A stretch of DNA of 64,000 nt, taken from the NCBI GenBank assembly GCA_963783675.1, contig CAWAOU010000027.1, positions 13,221 to 77,220 of the forward strand. Reading direction: 5' to 3'. Position 1 is the first letter of the stretch. Each line of letters opens with the position of its first letter. The notes under the pieces were generated by a model. It did no database searches and had not been told where the DNA came from. It saw only the letters and a list, made by a program, of their open reading frames with translations. Both the position numbers and the translations under genes were made by a program. This DNA is from an uncultured Gammaproteobacteria bacterium. Lineage in GTDB: Bacteria > Pseudomonadota > Gammaproteobacteria > Competibacterales > JAHEDQ01. This document shows positions 8,854 to 18,693 of the stretch, one piece after another.

Positions 8854-10410
8854 TCACAGAAGTTCACCCCGTGAGAACCTGGATTTCAGGTCGGCGGCCT
8901 GACGCCGGATCTCCGTCTGCGTCGACACGGTGAGGCGATCCAGACTGCGCCACTGGAGGGCAGCACGAGGATGCCGGGAGAAGCGCGTCCGATGCTCCAG
9001 CAGAAAATCCCAGTACAGCGTGGTGAACGGGCACGCCCTTTCGCCAGTGGCTTGACCAGGATCGAAGCGACATCCCTGGCAGTAGTTGCTCATGCGTTGG
9101 ATGTACTTGCCACTGGCGACATAGGGTTTGGATGCCATACGCCCTCCGTCCGCATACTGTGACATGCCCAGGGTGTTGGGCAACTCGACCCACTCCACCG
9201 CATCCACGTACACCGCCAGGAACCACTCGTGTACAGCCCGTGGCCGGACACCCAGCAAGTTCGCGAACAGTCCGGCCACCATCAGTCTTTGTATATGGTG
9301 CGCATAGCCGGTTCGCAACGTTTGTTTGATCACTTCACTCAGGCAACGCATTTGAGTCTCGCCCGTCCAGTACATGGCGGGCAATGTGGCATGGGCACCC
9401 AACGCATTGTCGTCCAGATAGCCAGGCATGTGGCGCCAGTAAAGCCCTCGGACATACTCCCGCCATCCCAACACCTGGCGAACAAACCCTTCCACCGCCT
9501 CGATCGGTGCACGACCGGCTCGATGCGCTTCCACCGCCGCCTCCACCACTTCCCGGGGCGAAATCAACTTGAGATTGAGGGAACTGGACAAACGCGCATG
9601 GTAAAGATATGTCTCGCCCTGCCACATAGCGTCTTGATAGCGCCCAAAACCGCTGAGGCGGAAGTCGACGAAATCATCGAGCGCTATCCGGGCCTGGGCG
9701 GGTGAGACAGGCCAATCGAAAGCGACCTGTTTGCCGGGATGGCCGGGAAAACGCCTTTCCACCAGATCCAACACCTGGCGGGTGGTTTGATCCGGCTCGA
9801 ACGGAACAGGCCGTGCAATCTGCCCTGGCCCATCGCGCCCGAACGTGCCTCGATTTTTCCGATCAAAGTTCCACATGCCCCCTGCCGGCGTCTTACCATC
9901 GGGCTCCATCAGGATGCTGAGACGGACCCGCAAATGGCGATAGAAATGCTCCAAACGGGTGGATTTCCGCCGCTCGGCCCATAGATTGAAGTGATTTATC
10001 GAGATCAGGAAATGCCGATCGGGCACCCGCTCGCAATGGACGCCAGAGTCCGCGAACACGGCTTCGAGCATGGCTTTGACCCGGTAGTCACCCGGTCTGA
10101 CCATACGCACATCGCGGGGTGCAAACGCGCGTAAATCCGCCCTCAAAGCGTCCCCTAGTGTCGATTCGGGGTGCGAATCCAGGGTCCTGTACGCCACCCT
10201 GCGACCCAGTCGCCTCTGATCGTCGCGGAAGCGGCGCATGGCCGCCAGGAACAGGGAAATGCGTTGTTTGTGACTCCAGACGTGAGTGGATTCGCTCGCC
10301 ACTTCCGCCATCCAGATGCAATCTTGATCAGAGTCGAATCCGTCCAGCGCGGCGCTTTCTCGATCGAGCTGGTCGCCCAGGACGACAACCAATGTCCGAA
10401 CAGCATTCAT
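8854..10410 (-). CDS. cryptochrome/photolyase family protein, FeS-BCP / (6-4) photolyase-like
   Basis: 518 aa. The architecture and C-terminal Cys pattern (MRC...NYCQGCRF...ACPF) match the 4Fe-4S-binding CryB/PhrB group. Confidence 0.8.
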   Translation of the reverse strand: MNAVRTLVVVLGDQLDRESAALDGFDSDQDCIWMAEVASESTHVWSHKQRISLFLAAMRRFRDDQRRLGRRVAYRTLDSHPESTLGDALRADLRAFAPRDVRMVRPGDYRVKAMLEAVFADSGVHCERVPDRHFLISINHFNLWAERRKSTRLEHFYRHLRVRLSILMEPDGKTPAGGMWNFDRKNRGTFGRDGPGQIARPVPFEPDQTTRQVLDLVERRFPGHPGKQVAFDWPVSPAQARIALDDFVDFRLSGFGRYQDAMWQGETYLYHARLSSSLNLKLISPREVVEAAVEAHRAGRAPIEAVEGFVRQVLGWREYVRGLYWRHMPGYLDDNALGAHATLPAMYWTGETQMRCLSEVIKQTLRTGYAHHIQRLMVAGLFANLLGVRPRAVHEWFLAVYVDAVEWVELPNTLGMSQYADGGRMASKPYVASGKYIQRMSNYCQGCRFDPGQATGERACPFTTLYWDFLLEHRTRFSRHPRAALQWRSLDRLTVSTQTEIRRQAADLKSRFSRGELL

Positions 10411-10665
10411 ATGCTCAAGTTGTGTAAGTGCTTAGCGCGCAAACTACCTGACTCGTCAGGCTTGACGTTTCTTCCACCCTCATTGGGGGTCTGATCCCAC
10501 ACCGGAGTGGTCTTGCGTCGCTCAAGCCGGTCTCCGGCAGCACTGTATTTGGAAATAATCAATTGCATCGAAGAGGCCAGCGCGCCAAGTCCACAACCCT
10601 ATCCGCACACCTGCGACTTACGGCCCACGTGTTCCAGAACGTTCTGAACGCCATATCGGGCACGG

Positions 10666-11451
10666 TCAGTCAGGCTGTAGACCTGGGCTACGCTCGTAAA
10701 GCGCCATATAGTTGACCTGAAGGTTGCGGCTAAGGTGGAAGCTGCGGTTGAACGGATTGACCCGAACGCCAACCTGGCGCTTCAGATGGAGTCCCGAATC
10801 TTCCAACCAGTCCTTCAGCTCGTCTGGTTTGACGAATCGCGGCCACTGGTGGGTTCCGCGCGGCAGCCAACGCAATACATATTCAGCGCCGAAGATTGCG
10901 AACAGCCATGCCAGAGCAGTGCGGTTGATGGTTGAAACCACCATCTGGCCACCGGGGCGGACCAGCTCGGCACACGCCTCGAGGAAGCCGCCAAGATCGC
11001 TGACATGCTCAACCACTTCCATGTTGAGCACGATATCGAAACGTTGGCCGGAGGCCGCCAGTTGTTCTGCCGTAGAGTTCAGGTAGTCAATACACAGTCC
11101 GGACTCGTTGGCGTGTCGGCGGGCGATCTCCACGTTGCGTCCGACCACGTCTATGCCGGTAACTTGAGCGCCGGCCCTGGCCATTTCCTCACTGAGCAAG
11201 CCGCCGCCGCATCCTATGTCGAGAACGGTGCGACCGACTAGAGAGCCGGGAACTTTCGCGTCTGTAAGAACATCGAGAAGGTAGCTACTGCGAAATCGGT
11301 TCAGCCCGTGCAGCGGCCAGAATACGCCCTGTGGGTCCCACCAAGCACTGGCGAGCCGTTCAAACCGAGCGACTTCCTCCGGATCGACCGAGGTTGACGC
11401 TGAAACATTGCGATTGGCTTTGAATCCCACAGTTGCGGCAGACTGGTTCAT
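10666..11451 (-). CDS. ubiG: ubiquinone biosynthesis O-methyltransferase
   Basis: 261 aa. WWD...PLHGLN...VLDIGCGGGLLSEEMARAGAQVTGID SAM motif and overall UbiG-like layout. Confidence 0.85.
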   Translation of the reverse strand: MNQSAATVGFKANRNVSASTSVDPEEVARFERLASAWWDPQGVFWPLHGLNRFRSSYLLDVLTDAKVPGSLVGRTVLDIGCGGGLLSEEMARAGAQVTGIDVVGRNVEIARRHANESGLCIDYLNSTAEQLAASGQRFDIVLNMEVVEHVSDLGGFLEACAELVRPGGQMVVSTINRTALAWLFAIFGAEYVLRWLPRGTHQWPRFVKPDELKDWLEDSGLHLKRQVGVRVNPFNRSFHLSRNLQVNYMALYERSPGLQPD

Positions 11452-11546
11452 TCTATTACCTACTGCTCTCTAATCGAGACCGTACTGGAGTTTCGGCGTC
11501 TTCTCGTGCATTGAAAGCCCGGAATGCATGTGCTCGACCATGAGCG

Positions 11547-11801
11547 TCAGATCCAAGAGGCACCCGGAGCTGCACTCTCTACCGTGTCACACTGTTCTAT
11601 GCCCGCCGCGGCGCCGCCAATCTCCATCAGATTATCTCCTGACGGTACTGACCTGAAAGCGCGCTGTCCCGCATCCGTATTCGTGTTGGAGTCGACATAC
11701 ACCACGACGGTTTTAGTGGGTAACACCAGCGACAGCGTGACGATAATCAGAGCGGAGAGCGCGATGCCAAGGGGTGCGATGCGAAAGAGAATGTGGAGCA
11801 T
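11547..11801 (-). CDS. hypothetical small membrane-anchored protein
   Basis: Third-position GC bias favours the minus-strand frame. One N-terminal hydrophobic helix (APLGIALSALIIVTLSLVL). No recognisable family. Confidence 0.3.
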   Translation of the reverse strand: MLHILFRIAPLGIALSALIIVTLSLVLPTKTVVVYVDSNTNTDAGQRAFRSVPSGDNLMEIGGAAAGIEQCDTVESAAPGASWI

Positions 11802-11943
11802 GGGCCTGACCGTCCGGTTCTCGATCCGCCACAACGCGAACCTTATGCCTCGGAGAGGCTATGCATCCCTCAAAGCCATGTCAAGCTTTTGTATAGTTTT
11901 TGCGTAGCGTTTTACAAGTTTTTTCGATTTCGTCTAGCTTTGG

Positions 11944-12600
11944 CTAATGACGCAGTGACGAGCCTCCGGCGTCACAGGCCGTGGACATTTTGAGAATCTC
12001 GGTCAGAATCTGGGCGCGGGACGCCAAGTCGGGGGCTTCGAGCAGCACTTGCTTCTCTTCCGGTGACAGCGGCAGATTGCCTGCCAGACTGTTCACGAGT
12101 TGCCGATCCGACAGCTGGGTCAAGCCGGCACGTTCCAACTGCGCGGAGTGGCTGGAGCAAAAACTCGCCGCCTCCTCCAGAAGGTCGGAACGCTGGACTG
12201 TAATCTGTGCAGCATCATCGTAATCGTGCTCGAATGCGCTCCAGTCGATGGAAAAACGCCGATAGCCGCGCGTTGTCGCGAGGGATTCCAGCAGTCGGAA
12301 ACGGCAAACGCCCATCAATACGAGCAGGATCCGGCCATCACCTGTCTCGGTATACGCCGTGATCCGACCCGCACTGCCAACACCCGACAGTGGGCCGTCC
12401 GGCGACTTGGGATCCTCGGGCTGCACCATGCCGATCATATGATCGGTTCTCAGCGCGTCGGTCACCATGTTCAGATAGCGGGACTCAAAAATGTTGAGCG
12501 GGAGTTGGGCACCCGGCAACACGACCGCGCTGGTCAGGGGGAACACCGGGATTGCCGTCGGCAGATCGTCAAATGGGGCAATGAATGGATGAAGAGGCAA
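11944..12600 (-). CDS. LON peptidase substrate-binding (LON N-terminal) domain protein
   Basis: IPVFPLTSAVVLPGAQLPLNIFESRYLNMV is the classic LON N-domain start. I place the start at TTG 12600, preceded by AGGAGA. The maximal ORF to 12807 adds about 70 implausible residues. Confidence 0.7.
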   Translation of the reverse strand: MPLHPFIAPFDDLPTAIPVFPLTSAVVLPGAQLPLNIFESRYLNMVTDALRTDHMIGMVQPEDPKSPDGPLSGVGSAGRITAYTETGDGRILLVLMGVCRFRLLESLATTRGYRRFSIDWSAFEHDYDDAAQITVQRSDLLEEAASFCSSHSAQLERAGLTQLSDRQLVNSLAGNLPLSPEEKQVLLEAPDLASRAQILTEILKMSTACDAGGSSLRH

Positions 12601-12771
12601 GTCAGTCTCCTGGATTACGGCACAAGCACTTAGACGCCTTTGGGCAACATAGTTTCCTGTTGATACCGAGTTTGCGGTACCTGCACAACAGTATCGGCGC
12701 CCGCACCGGGCGCCATACGGCGTCTGAATCTCTGATAAGGTGCTCGCCTCGCGCTCTGGAGGGGTATTGGG

Positions 12772-14136
12772 ATGGTCGGTAATTGGCATCCGGCACTGTG
12801 GCGGCAATTCGAGGCGGAACAGATACCAGATTATTCAGATTCCACCGGGCTTGCCGAAGTCGAAGCGCGTCTTCGCCGCGCCGCACCGCTGGTTTTCCAG
12901 GGTGAGGTGGAAAGCCTGCGACGCCATCTGGCACGAGTCGCCCAAGGTCAAGCTTTTGTGCTGCAGGGCGGCGACTGCGCAGAGAGCTTCAATGAGTTCA
13001 GCACCGAGCACGTGCGCGACATATTCAGGGTCTTGCTGCAAATGTCCGTGGTGCTGACTTTCGCAGCGGCGTGCCCAGTGATCAAGGTCGGGCGTATCGC
13101 AGGTCAATTCGCCAAGCCACGCAGTCAAGCGACAGAGACCCGAGACGGGGTGACGCTGCCGAGCTATCGCGGCGATATCATAAACGGCCCGGAGTTTTCG
13201 CCGTCCGCCCGAACCGCAGATCCTCAGCGGCAGCTGCGGGCCTATTCCCAATCCGCCGCAACCCTGAATTTACTTCGGGCGCTCTCCTATGGAGGCTACG
13301 CTGATCTGCACGAAGTCCAGCAGTGGACCATGGGATTCGTTCGGAACAGCCCCCAAGGTGATCGTTACCTGGATATGGCCGAGCGCATTGCGGACTGTCT
13401 GCGCTTTATGGAGGCATGCGGCATCAATGCCGACTCAAATCCACAGATCCGCCAAACCGAGTTTTATGTTTCCCACGAGGCGTTATTGCTGGGTTACGAG
13501 GAATCGCTTACCCGGCGCGAGAGCCGCAACGGCGACTGGTACGCGGCATCGGCCCACATGTTGTGGGTGGGCGAGCGCACCCGTCAGATCGACGGTGCAC
13601 ATGTCGCCTTTCTGGCCGGCCTCGCCAATCCAATAGGCGCCAAGGTGGGGCCGGGCCTGGAACCGGACGCACTGCTCAGACTCATCGACCGCCTTGACCC
13701 TGAACGGGTGCCGGGACGGCTCACGTTGATTACCCGGATGGGCGCCGACACCCTGCCGCAACGCCTACCCGCCCTGGTGCGGGCACTACAGCGCGAAGGG
13801 CATATGCCGGTCTGGTCATGCGACCCGATGCACGGCAATACGGTAAAGACCGCCAGCGGTTACAAAACCCGGCCATTTGACCGCATCGTGCAGGAGGTGC
13901 AGGCGTTTTTTGAAATTCATGCGGCTGAGGGCAGCCATCCGGGCGGACTGCATCTGGAACTGACCGGCCGGGACGTCACTGAATGCACGGGTGGAGCACA
14001 GGCGATTGCGGACCAGGATCTTTCCAATCGGTACGACACTTACTGCGACCCGCGACTGAATGCCTCCCAGGGCCTTGAGCTTGCGTTCAGGGTCGCGCAG
14101 TATCTCAAGGCACGCAGGCCCCTCAACCTGGGCTGA
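12772..14136 (+). CDS. class II 3-deoxy-7-phosphoheptulonate (DAHP) synthase
   Basis: 454 aa. W.P..WR...A.Q.P.Y.D N-terminus, KPRS motif, and length typical of class II DAHPS. Confidence 0.9.
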   Translation: MVGNWHPALWRQFEAEQIPDYSDSTGLAEVEARLRRAAPLVFQGEVESLRRHLARVAQGQAFVLQGGDCAESFNEFSTEHVRDIFRVLLQMSVVLTFAAACPVIKVGRIAGQFAKPRSQATETRDGVTLPSYRGDIINGPEFSPSARTADPQRQLRAYSQSAATLNLLRALSYGGYADLHEVQQWTMGFVRNSPQGDRYLDMAERIADCLRFMEACGINADSNPQIRQTEFYVSHEALLLGYEESLTRRESRNGDWYAASAHMLWVGERTRQIDGAHVAFLAGLANPIGAKVGPGLEPDALLRLIDRLDPERVPGRLTLITRMGADTLPQRLPALVRALQREGHMPVWSCDPMHGNTVKTASGYKTRPFDRIVQEVQAFFEIHAAEGSHPGGLHLELTGRDVTECTGGAQAIADQDLSNRYDTYCDPRLNASQGLELAFRVAQYLKARRPLNLG

Positions 14137-14140
14137 CAAC

Positions 14141-15070
14141 ATGCTGCCCGTGGTCAACGCGCTGGGGCCGGTAATCGTAATGACGATGATCGGCCTGGTG
14201 CTGCGCTGGCGCGGATTCCTCACCGCTAACGACCTGCACGCCACCACCCGCCTGGTTTACTGGGTCGGAATTCCCGCCCTGTTGTTCATCAAGGTGTCAA
14301 CGGCCCCCGCCTCCCTGGCCCAGACCTCGGCGTTGCTCACTGTATTGCTGCTGAGCACATTGATTGGGGTCGCCGTTGCCGGCTGGGTCGCCACCCTGCT
14401 TCGGATACCCTGGAGGGAAGTCGGCACCTTTGTGCAAGCGGTCTACCGGGGCAATCTTGCCTTCGTCGGGGTTCCGGTAGTGGCCTACGCCGCTGCCGAT
14501 CTTGGCCAGAATGACGCAGCCGGCATCGCCCTGTTGGCATTGGGCCCGATGGTCGTCCTATACAATGTGCTCGGGGTTCTGGTCCTATTGCTCAGCCGTG
14601 GGCGATTGAGCACACGCAACGCTTTGCCGATCGTCCGGGGCATGGCGCTCAACCCCCTGCTGTTATCCTGTGCGCTGGGGCTCCTTTACCGGTCGACCAA
14701 CTGGCCTATACCCACCGTTGTTCAGCGCTCCCTGGAAGCGATCGGGCAGATGGCACTGCCCCTGGCACTGATCTGCATAGGCGGAGCTCTGTACGGAACC
14801 CGGCTCAAAGCCGTGCTATCGCGCACCGTCGCGGCGGCGTTGGGCAAGACCCTGATGATGCCGCTACTCGGGTTGGGGCTGGGGCTGCTGCTGGCATTGG
14901 ACAACGACGCCATGCGCACGGTGCTGATCTTCATGGCCTGCCCAACCGCTGGTGCCTCTTACGTGATGGTGCGACAAATCGGCGGCGATGCGGATCTGGC
15001 CTCCAGCGCAGTCGTGGCCAGCACCCTCCTGGCGATACCGGTTCTGGCCCTCATCATCGCCCTGGTGTGA
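14141..15070 (+). CDS. AEC (auxin efflux carrier) family transporter
   Basis: Polytopic hydrophobic protein starting MLPVVNALGPVIVMTMIGLVL. ATG at 14141, just after the DAHPS stop. Confidence 0.8.
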   Translation: MLPVVNALGPVIVMTMIGLVLRWRGFLTANDLHATTRLVYWVGIPALLFIKVSTAPASLAQTSALLTVLLLSTLIGVAVAGWVATLLRIPWREVGTFVQAVYRGNLAFVGVPVVAYAAADLGQNDAAGIALLALGPMVVLYNVLGVLVLLLSRGRLSTRNALPIVRGMALNPLLLSCALGLLYRSTNWPIPTVVQRSLEAIGQMALPLALICIGGALYGTRLKAVLSRTVAAALGKTLMMPLLGLGLGLLLALDNDAMRTVLIFMACPTAGASYVMVRQIGGDADLASSAVVASTLLAIPVLALIIALV

Positions 15071-15101
15071 CCACCTCCCCAAATGCGGAGACAGAGTTTC
15101 C

Positions 15102-15800
15102 ATGACCCCGAAACGATTTCTGCGACTACGGCAAGTCCTGGACAAAAGGCAACCCGATCTGACGGTGCTCACCGATCAGGTGCATAAACCGCACAACCTT
15201 GCGGCCATCTTGAGGACCTGCGATGCGGTGGGCATCATGACTGCACACGTGGTGCTTGAGAACACGCCCTACCGGTCCCGCCCCGGGACGTCGCTGGGCA
15301 GTGAGCGCTGGGTGGCGGTGGAGCCCCAGACTCGGATCGAGCATGCAATCCGACACCTGCATGACAGCGGGCACCAAGTGCTTGCCGCTCATTTTTCGCA
15401 GCGGGCAGTGGATTTTCGATCCCTGGACTACACCCGTCCGACGGCGCTGCTCCTGGGTGCAGAGAAACACGGTGTCAGCCAAACCGCCGCAACAGAAGCC
15501 GACGCCCATATTGTGGTGCCCATGATGGGCATGGTCGCTTCCTTCAACGTCTCCGTGGCCGCTGCAATCGTGCTAGCCGAAGCCCAACGGCAACGACAGA
15601 ACGCGGGTATGTACGATCGGGTTCGACTCGAACCCGATCGCTATAACGCCACGCTTTTCCGCTGGGCGCACCCGGTACTGGCAGAGTACTGCGATCGGCA
15701 TCACCTGGCCTATCCAGAGCTGTCCGACGAGGGTGATATTCTGGACCTCGCAGCCTGGAGACAGCGCACTGGGCAGACAGCTCGCATCTGTCCTCAGTGA
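15102..15800 (+). CDS. trmH: tRNA (guanosine-2'-O)-methyltransferase, SpoU/TrmH family
   Basis: RQPDLTVLTDQVHKPHNLAAILRTCDAVG and the C-terminal SpoU motifs (LLLGAEKHGVS, PMMGMVASFNVSVAAAI). Confidence 0.85.
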   Translation: MTPKRFLRLRQVLDKRQPDLTVLTDQVHKPHNLAAILRTCDAVGIMTAHVVLENTPYRSRPGTSLGSERWVAVEPQTRIEHAIRHLHDSGHQVLAAHFSQRAVDFRSLDYTRPTALLLGAEKHGVSQTAATEADAHIVVPMMGMVASFNVSVAAAIVLAEAQRQRQNAGMYDRVRLEPDRYNATLFRWAHPVLAEYCDRHHLAYPELSDEGDILDLAAWRQRTGQTARICPQ

Positions 15801-15811
15801 GCCTCCGATCG

Positions 15812-15969
15812 ATTCATGAACGTGCATCTTGGGACTCAAATGCACAGCTTCATCGTTGCAGATCTTGGCAACAGAACAACGATCACCCGCGATCTGCCCC
15901 GCGATCCGCCTCTTGAATCTGCACATTTCACCCTTCGATCTGCTTCATCCAGAACAGATCAGAGGCTCC
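15812..15969 (-). repeat. dispersed structured intergenic repeat, copy A (158 bp)
   Basis: Aligns over its full length with 19546-19681 and 33473-33605 (opposite orientation). Contains an extra 12-bp tandem duplication (ccgcgatctgcc / ccgcgatccgcc). The strand given is the one on which stems show G.U rather than A.C pairs. Confidence 0.75.
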
Positions 15970-15984
15970 ATAGCCAGATTGGCG

Positions 15985-16605
15985 TCAACTGCCGAGGGTT
16001 GCGACCACCAGCAGGTTCTCGTACTGCCCAAGCACCTTGTCGGCATAGGGTGAACGCGGATTCCGATGACTGCCGTTGTATCGCAACAGCGCCTTGCGAA
16101 GGTTGCCGTCTTGTGCGTCCAGATACTCGGCCAGGATCCGGACGCCGGCCTGGATGTTTTTGTTCGGGTCAAACAGGGCGTTGGCCCCCCCGATCTCGGC
16201 AATCGTATCCGGATGCCATTTGGGAATGATCTGCATCAGCCCGCGGGCACCTGCATGGCTTACCACGCGGGGCCTGAACGTGGATTCAACTGCGATGACG
16301 GCCAACACCAGTTCCGGCGCAAGATCTCCAGCCGATCCCTGTCGAAAGGCTTCGGAAACAATGCGCCGAGCCTGATTTTTGTTGACCGGAAAACGGTTGG
16401 CGATGTGTTCGACAAGACGACCCATACGCCGGGTCTGCACCAACAGATCCTGAGTATAGCGAGAGTTCCACCACTGCTCAGAGGTTGGCGTATTGGATGA
16501 CACAGGTGCCGAAAATACGAGCATGGCCATGATCGTGACGGTGACCAGTACGTAGTTTTTTTTGGGCGCGGGTTTACCACCCCGTGATATTTCAACGAGA
16601 CGCAT
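15985..16605 (-). CDS. lytic transglycosylase (SLT domain)
   Basis: AVIAVESTFRPRVVSHAGARGLMQIIP catalytic motif. N-terminal membrane anchor/signal. Confidence 0.8.
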   Translation of the reverse strand: MRLVEISRGGKPAPKKNYVLVTVTIMAMLVFSAPVSSNTPTSEQWWNSRYTQDLLVQTRRMGRLVEHIANRFPVNKNQARRIVSEAFRQGSAGDLAPELVLAVIAVESTFRPRVVSHAGARGLMQIIPKWHPDTIAEIGGANALFDPNKNIQAGVRILAEYLDAQDGNLRKALLRYNGSHRNPRSPYADKVLGQYENLLVVATLGS

Positions 16606-16802
16606 GCTTTTTGCCTCCTGGACCCTCGTCGACCGGCGTCCTCATGCCAGTAAGACGTTGCCATCTTGGCCCGACCAAGCTGTTTGCTGACGGTGGGCGC
16701 GACGTGGTCTTCTAATTTTTAGGTATTATACTTGTGCAGCGCATCATAGGCAGACTGTCGCCAATCCGCAACAGTGTCCGTCTGCCTCTATTGAAGACCC
16801 AA

Positions 16803-17243
16803 TCAGCGCGTCAGTTCAAGTAAAAAATGACAGTGGGCAACCGCCACGGGGCGGGAGCGGTCGTCCTGCCAGGCCTCGACGGTCACGTTTGCAATCCGCC
16901 GACCCCGCTTGGTTATGGTGCCACTGGCATAGGTCGTCACCGGACCCGCAGGCCGCAAGAAATCGACCGTAATGTTGATGATCTTTGGGATCATCTGGGT
17001 CTCGTGCGCCCACACCAACTCCAAGATCGCAGTGGTTTCGAGAAAGGCACCGACCACCCCCCCGTGCAGCGCGGGCAGGGCGGGATTGCCTATATTGCGG
17101 GGCCGAAAGGCCAGTTGGGACACAAACTCACCGGTCTCTTCCGACACACTGATCCCGAGAAACCGCGCGTACGGGATCGCCTCGCAAAGAGGGTTGTAGT
17201 CATGCTCGGCGCGACAACGCTCCGCCAAAGCCACAAGATTCAC
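16803..17243 (-). CDS. PaaI family (hotdog-fold) thioesterase
   Basis: 146 aa. ALHGGVVGAFLETTAIL motif of PaaI/YbgC-type thioesterases. Confidence 0.7.
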   Translation of the reverse strand: MNLVALAERCRAEHDYNPLCEAIPYARFLGISVSEETGEFVSQLAFRPRNIGNPALPALHGGVVGAFLETTAILELVWAHETQMIPKIINITVDFLRPAGPVTTYASGTITKRGRRIANVTVEAWQDDRSRPVAVAHCHFLLELTR

Positions 17244-17710
17244 GACCTGCGCCTGTCGGCCGCCAATCCACCGCCTTCACCCTTGATCACAAAGGTGGCC
17301 TGGGCGGCCGCAACGGGTTCCGCCGGATCCTGGTGGTAGGCCGTGCTGCGAACGAATGCAATCTGGTGAGTCAGCCGGAAACAATCCGCCCGTGCATGCA
17401 GTGGTTGGCCGACCCGCGCCGGCTTCAGATAGTCAATGCGCAAATCCAGTGTGGCGATAGGCCCCGGATTGCGCATGGCGGACAGCACGGAGAGACCGCA
17501 CACCGAGTCAATCAAGACCGTAACCGCCCCACCATGCAGAACGCCGGTATCCGGATCGCCGACCAGGTCGCTGCGATAGGGCAAGCGCATGGTCGCATCG
17601 CCGCACCCGACCTCCACCAGTTCCATACCCAATTCGCGGATATGAGGAATATCTCCAAGATAGAAGCGTGCCAGATCCATGACGCTCGCGTCGGATTGTA
17701 TGGCTGTCAT
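17240..17710 (-). CDS. PaaI family (hotdog-fold) thioesterase
   Basis: 156 aa. VLHGGAVTVLIDSVCG motif. 4-nt overlap with the downstream paralogue. Confidence 0.7.
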   Translation of the reverse strand: MTAIQSDASVMDLARFYLGDIPHIRELGMELVEVGCGDATMRLPYRSDLVGDPDTGVLHGGAVTVLIDSVCGLSVLSAMRNPGPIATLDLRIDYLKPARVGQPLHARADCFRLTHQIAFVRSTAYHQDPAEPVAAAQATFVIKGEGGGLAADRRRS

Positions 17711-17900
17711 GATCTCGGTCTCTTAGAATCCAGAAGCAGCGACCATAGCGATACAAGCCACGTCTGTGCAAAAGTTTGCATCCCAGCCTCTCCCAGATTA
17801 AGGCCGGAGCGGCCACACCGCCCCTGGAACCTGCGGTCAGGCATGGTCCTGCCCAGTCTGCGGCACGGCCGGGTGCGACGAAGCCAATGAAGCGGACATC

Positions 17901-18461
17901 ATGACCGCCAGAATGCCGACCCGACAGGAACAGATCGTCTCCGTTCATGCGTCCCTGATCATCAGCGTGGTCCGGGGCCGGACCGATCCGATCGCCGCAC
18001 GCGAGGCGAAAGATCTGATCGCCAAAGTATCGCGCGGCGGTCAGACCGCGCTGGCCCGGATTCTGGGACGGATAGTCCAAAGCGCCCGGCCGGATGGCGC
18101 CGATGAGACTGCGCTGTCAGATGATGAGCGAGTGGTGCTCGATGCGGTGTTACAGGGCATCGACAATCCTACTGAGCTGCCGCAAGCCGTTGCCTCGTTC
18201 GACCCGGGCGCGGCCGCGCCCGGGCTCGCATGCATGATCGACGCAGCCGCTCGCGGCGACCCGCGAGCTTTGCATACACTGTCTGGAATGGCAGAGGTCA
18301 TGGTCCAGGTGGGCGGAGACATGGGCCGCTTGGGAGGTCTTATGCGGCGCCTGGTCAACGGTGAGCGGGACGCGGAACGCCTGACCCGCAACATGGGGGC
18401 ACAGGGCATATCCCTGGTCCACGCGATTTTGGATCAGCTCGCAACCCTGTCGGAGCATTGA
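17901..18461 (+). CDS. hypothetical protein
   Basis: 186-aa ORF with coding-like composition and no family recognised. Confidence 0.45.
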   Translation: MTARMPTRQEQIVSVHASLIISVVRGRTDPIAAREAKDLIAKVSRGGQTALARILGRIVQSARPDGADETALSDDERVVLDAVLQGIDNPTELPQAVASFDPGAAAPGLACMIDAAARGDPRALHTLSGMAEVMVQVGGDMGRLGGLMRRLVNGERDAERLTRNMGAQGISLVHAILDQLATLSEH

Positions 18462-18693
18462 AACCGGGAATGTTCCGGCCGGAAAGAGGTCGTATGAGGT
18501 AAGCTCACGAGCGCTGGAAACGACATTGGTGGCGCACCCGTTGACCTGTGTCATCGAGTCAGGCAGCGTTCGTGAGGTAGGGTATTGCAGATCCCGGGCG
18601 CATCGGCAACGGCGAGAGCGGCTGCCGATGTTCATCGGCGATAACTTCTAGAAGGGGCGACACGCCCTCAATCACTGGAGATAGAGAGAAACC

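Noticed and set aside
15816-16229. ORFs translating through the structured repeats (15816-16229 plus strand; 33317-33739 minus strand) that share HLGTQMHSF.VA...TRDL peptides
   Set aside because: Differences between copies are mostly non-synonymous and include an indel of 12 nt plus truncated ends. The similarity is explained by the nucleotide repeat, not by a conserved protein.
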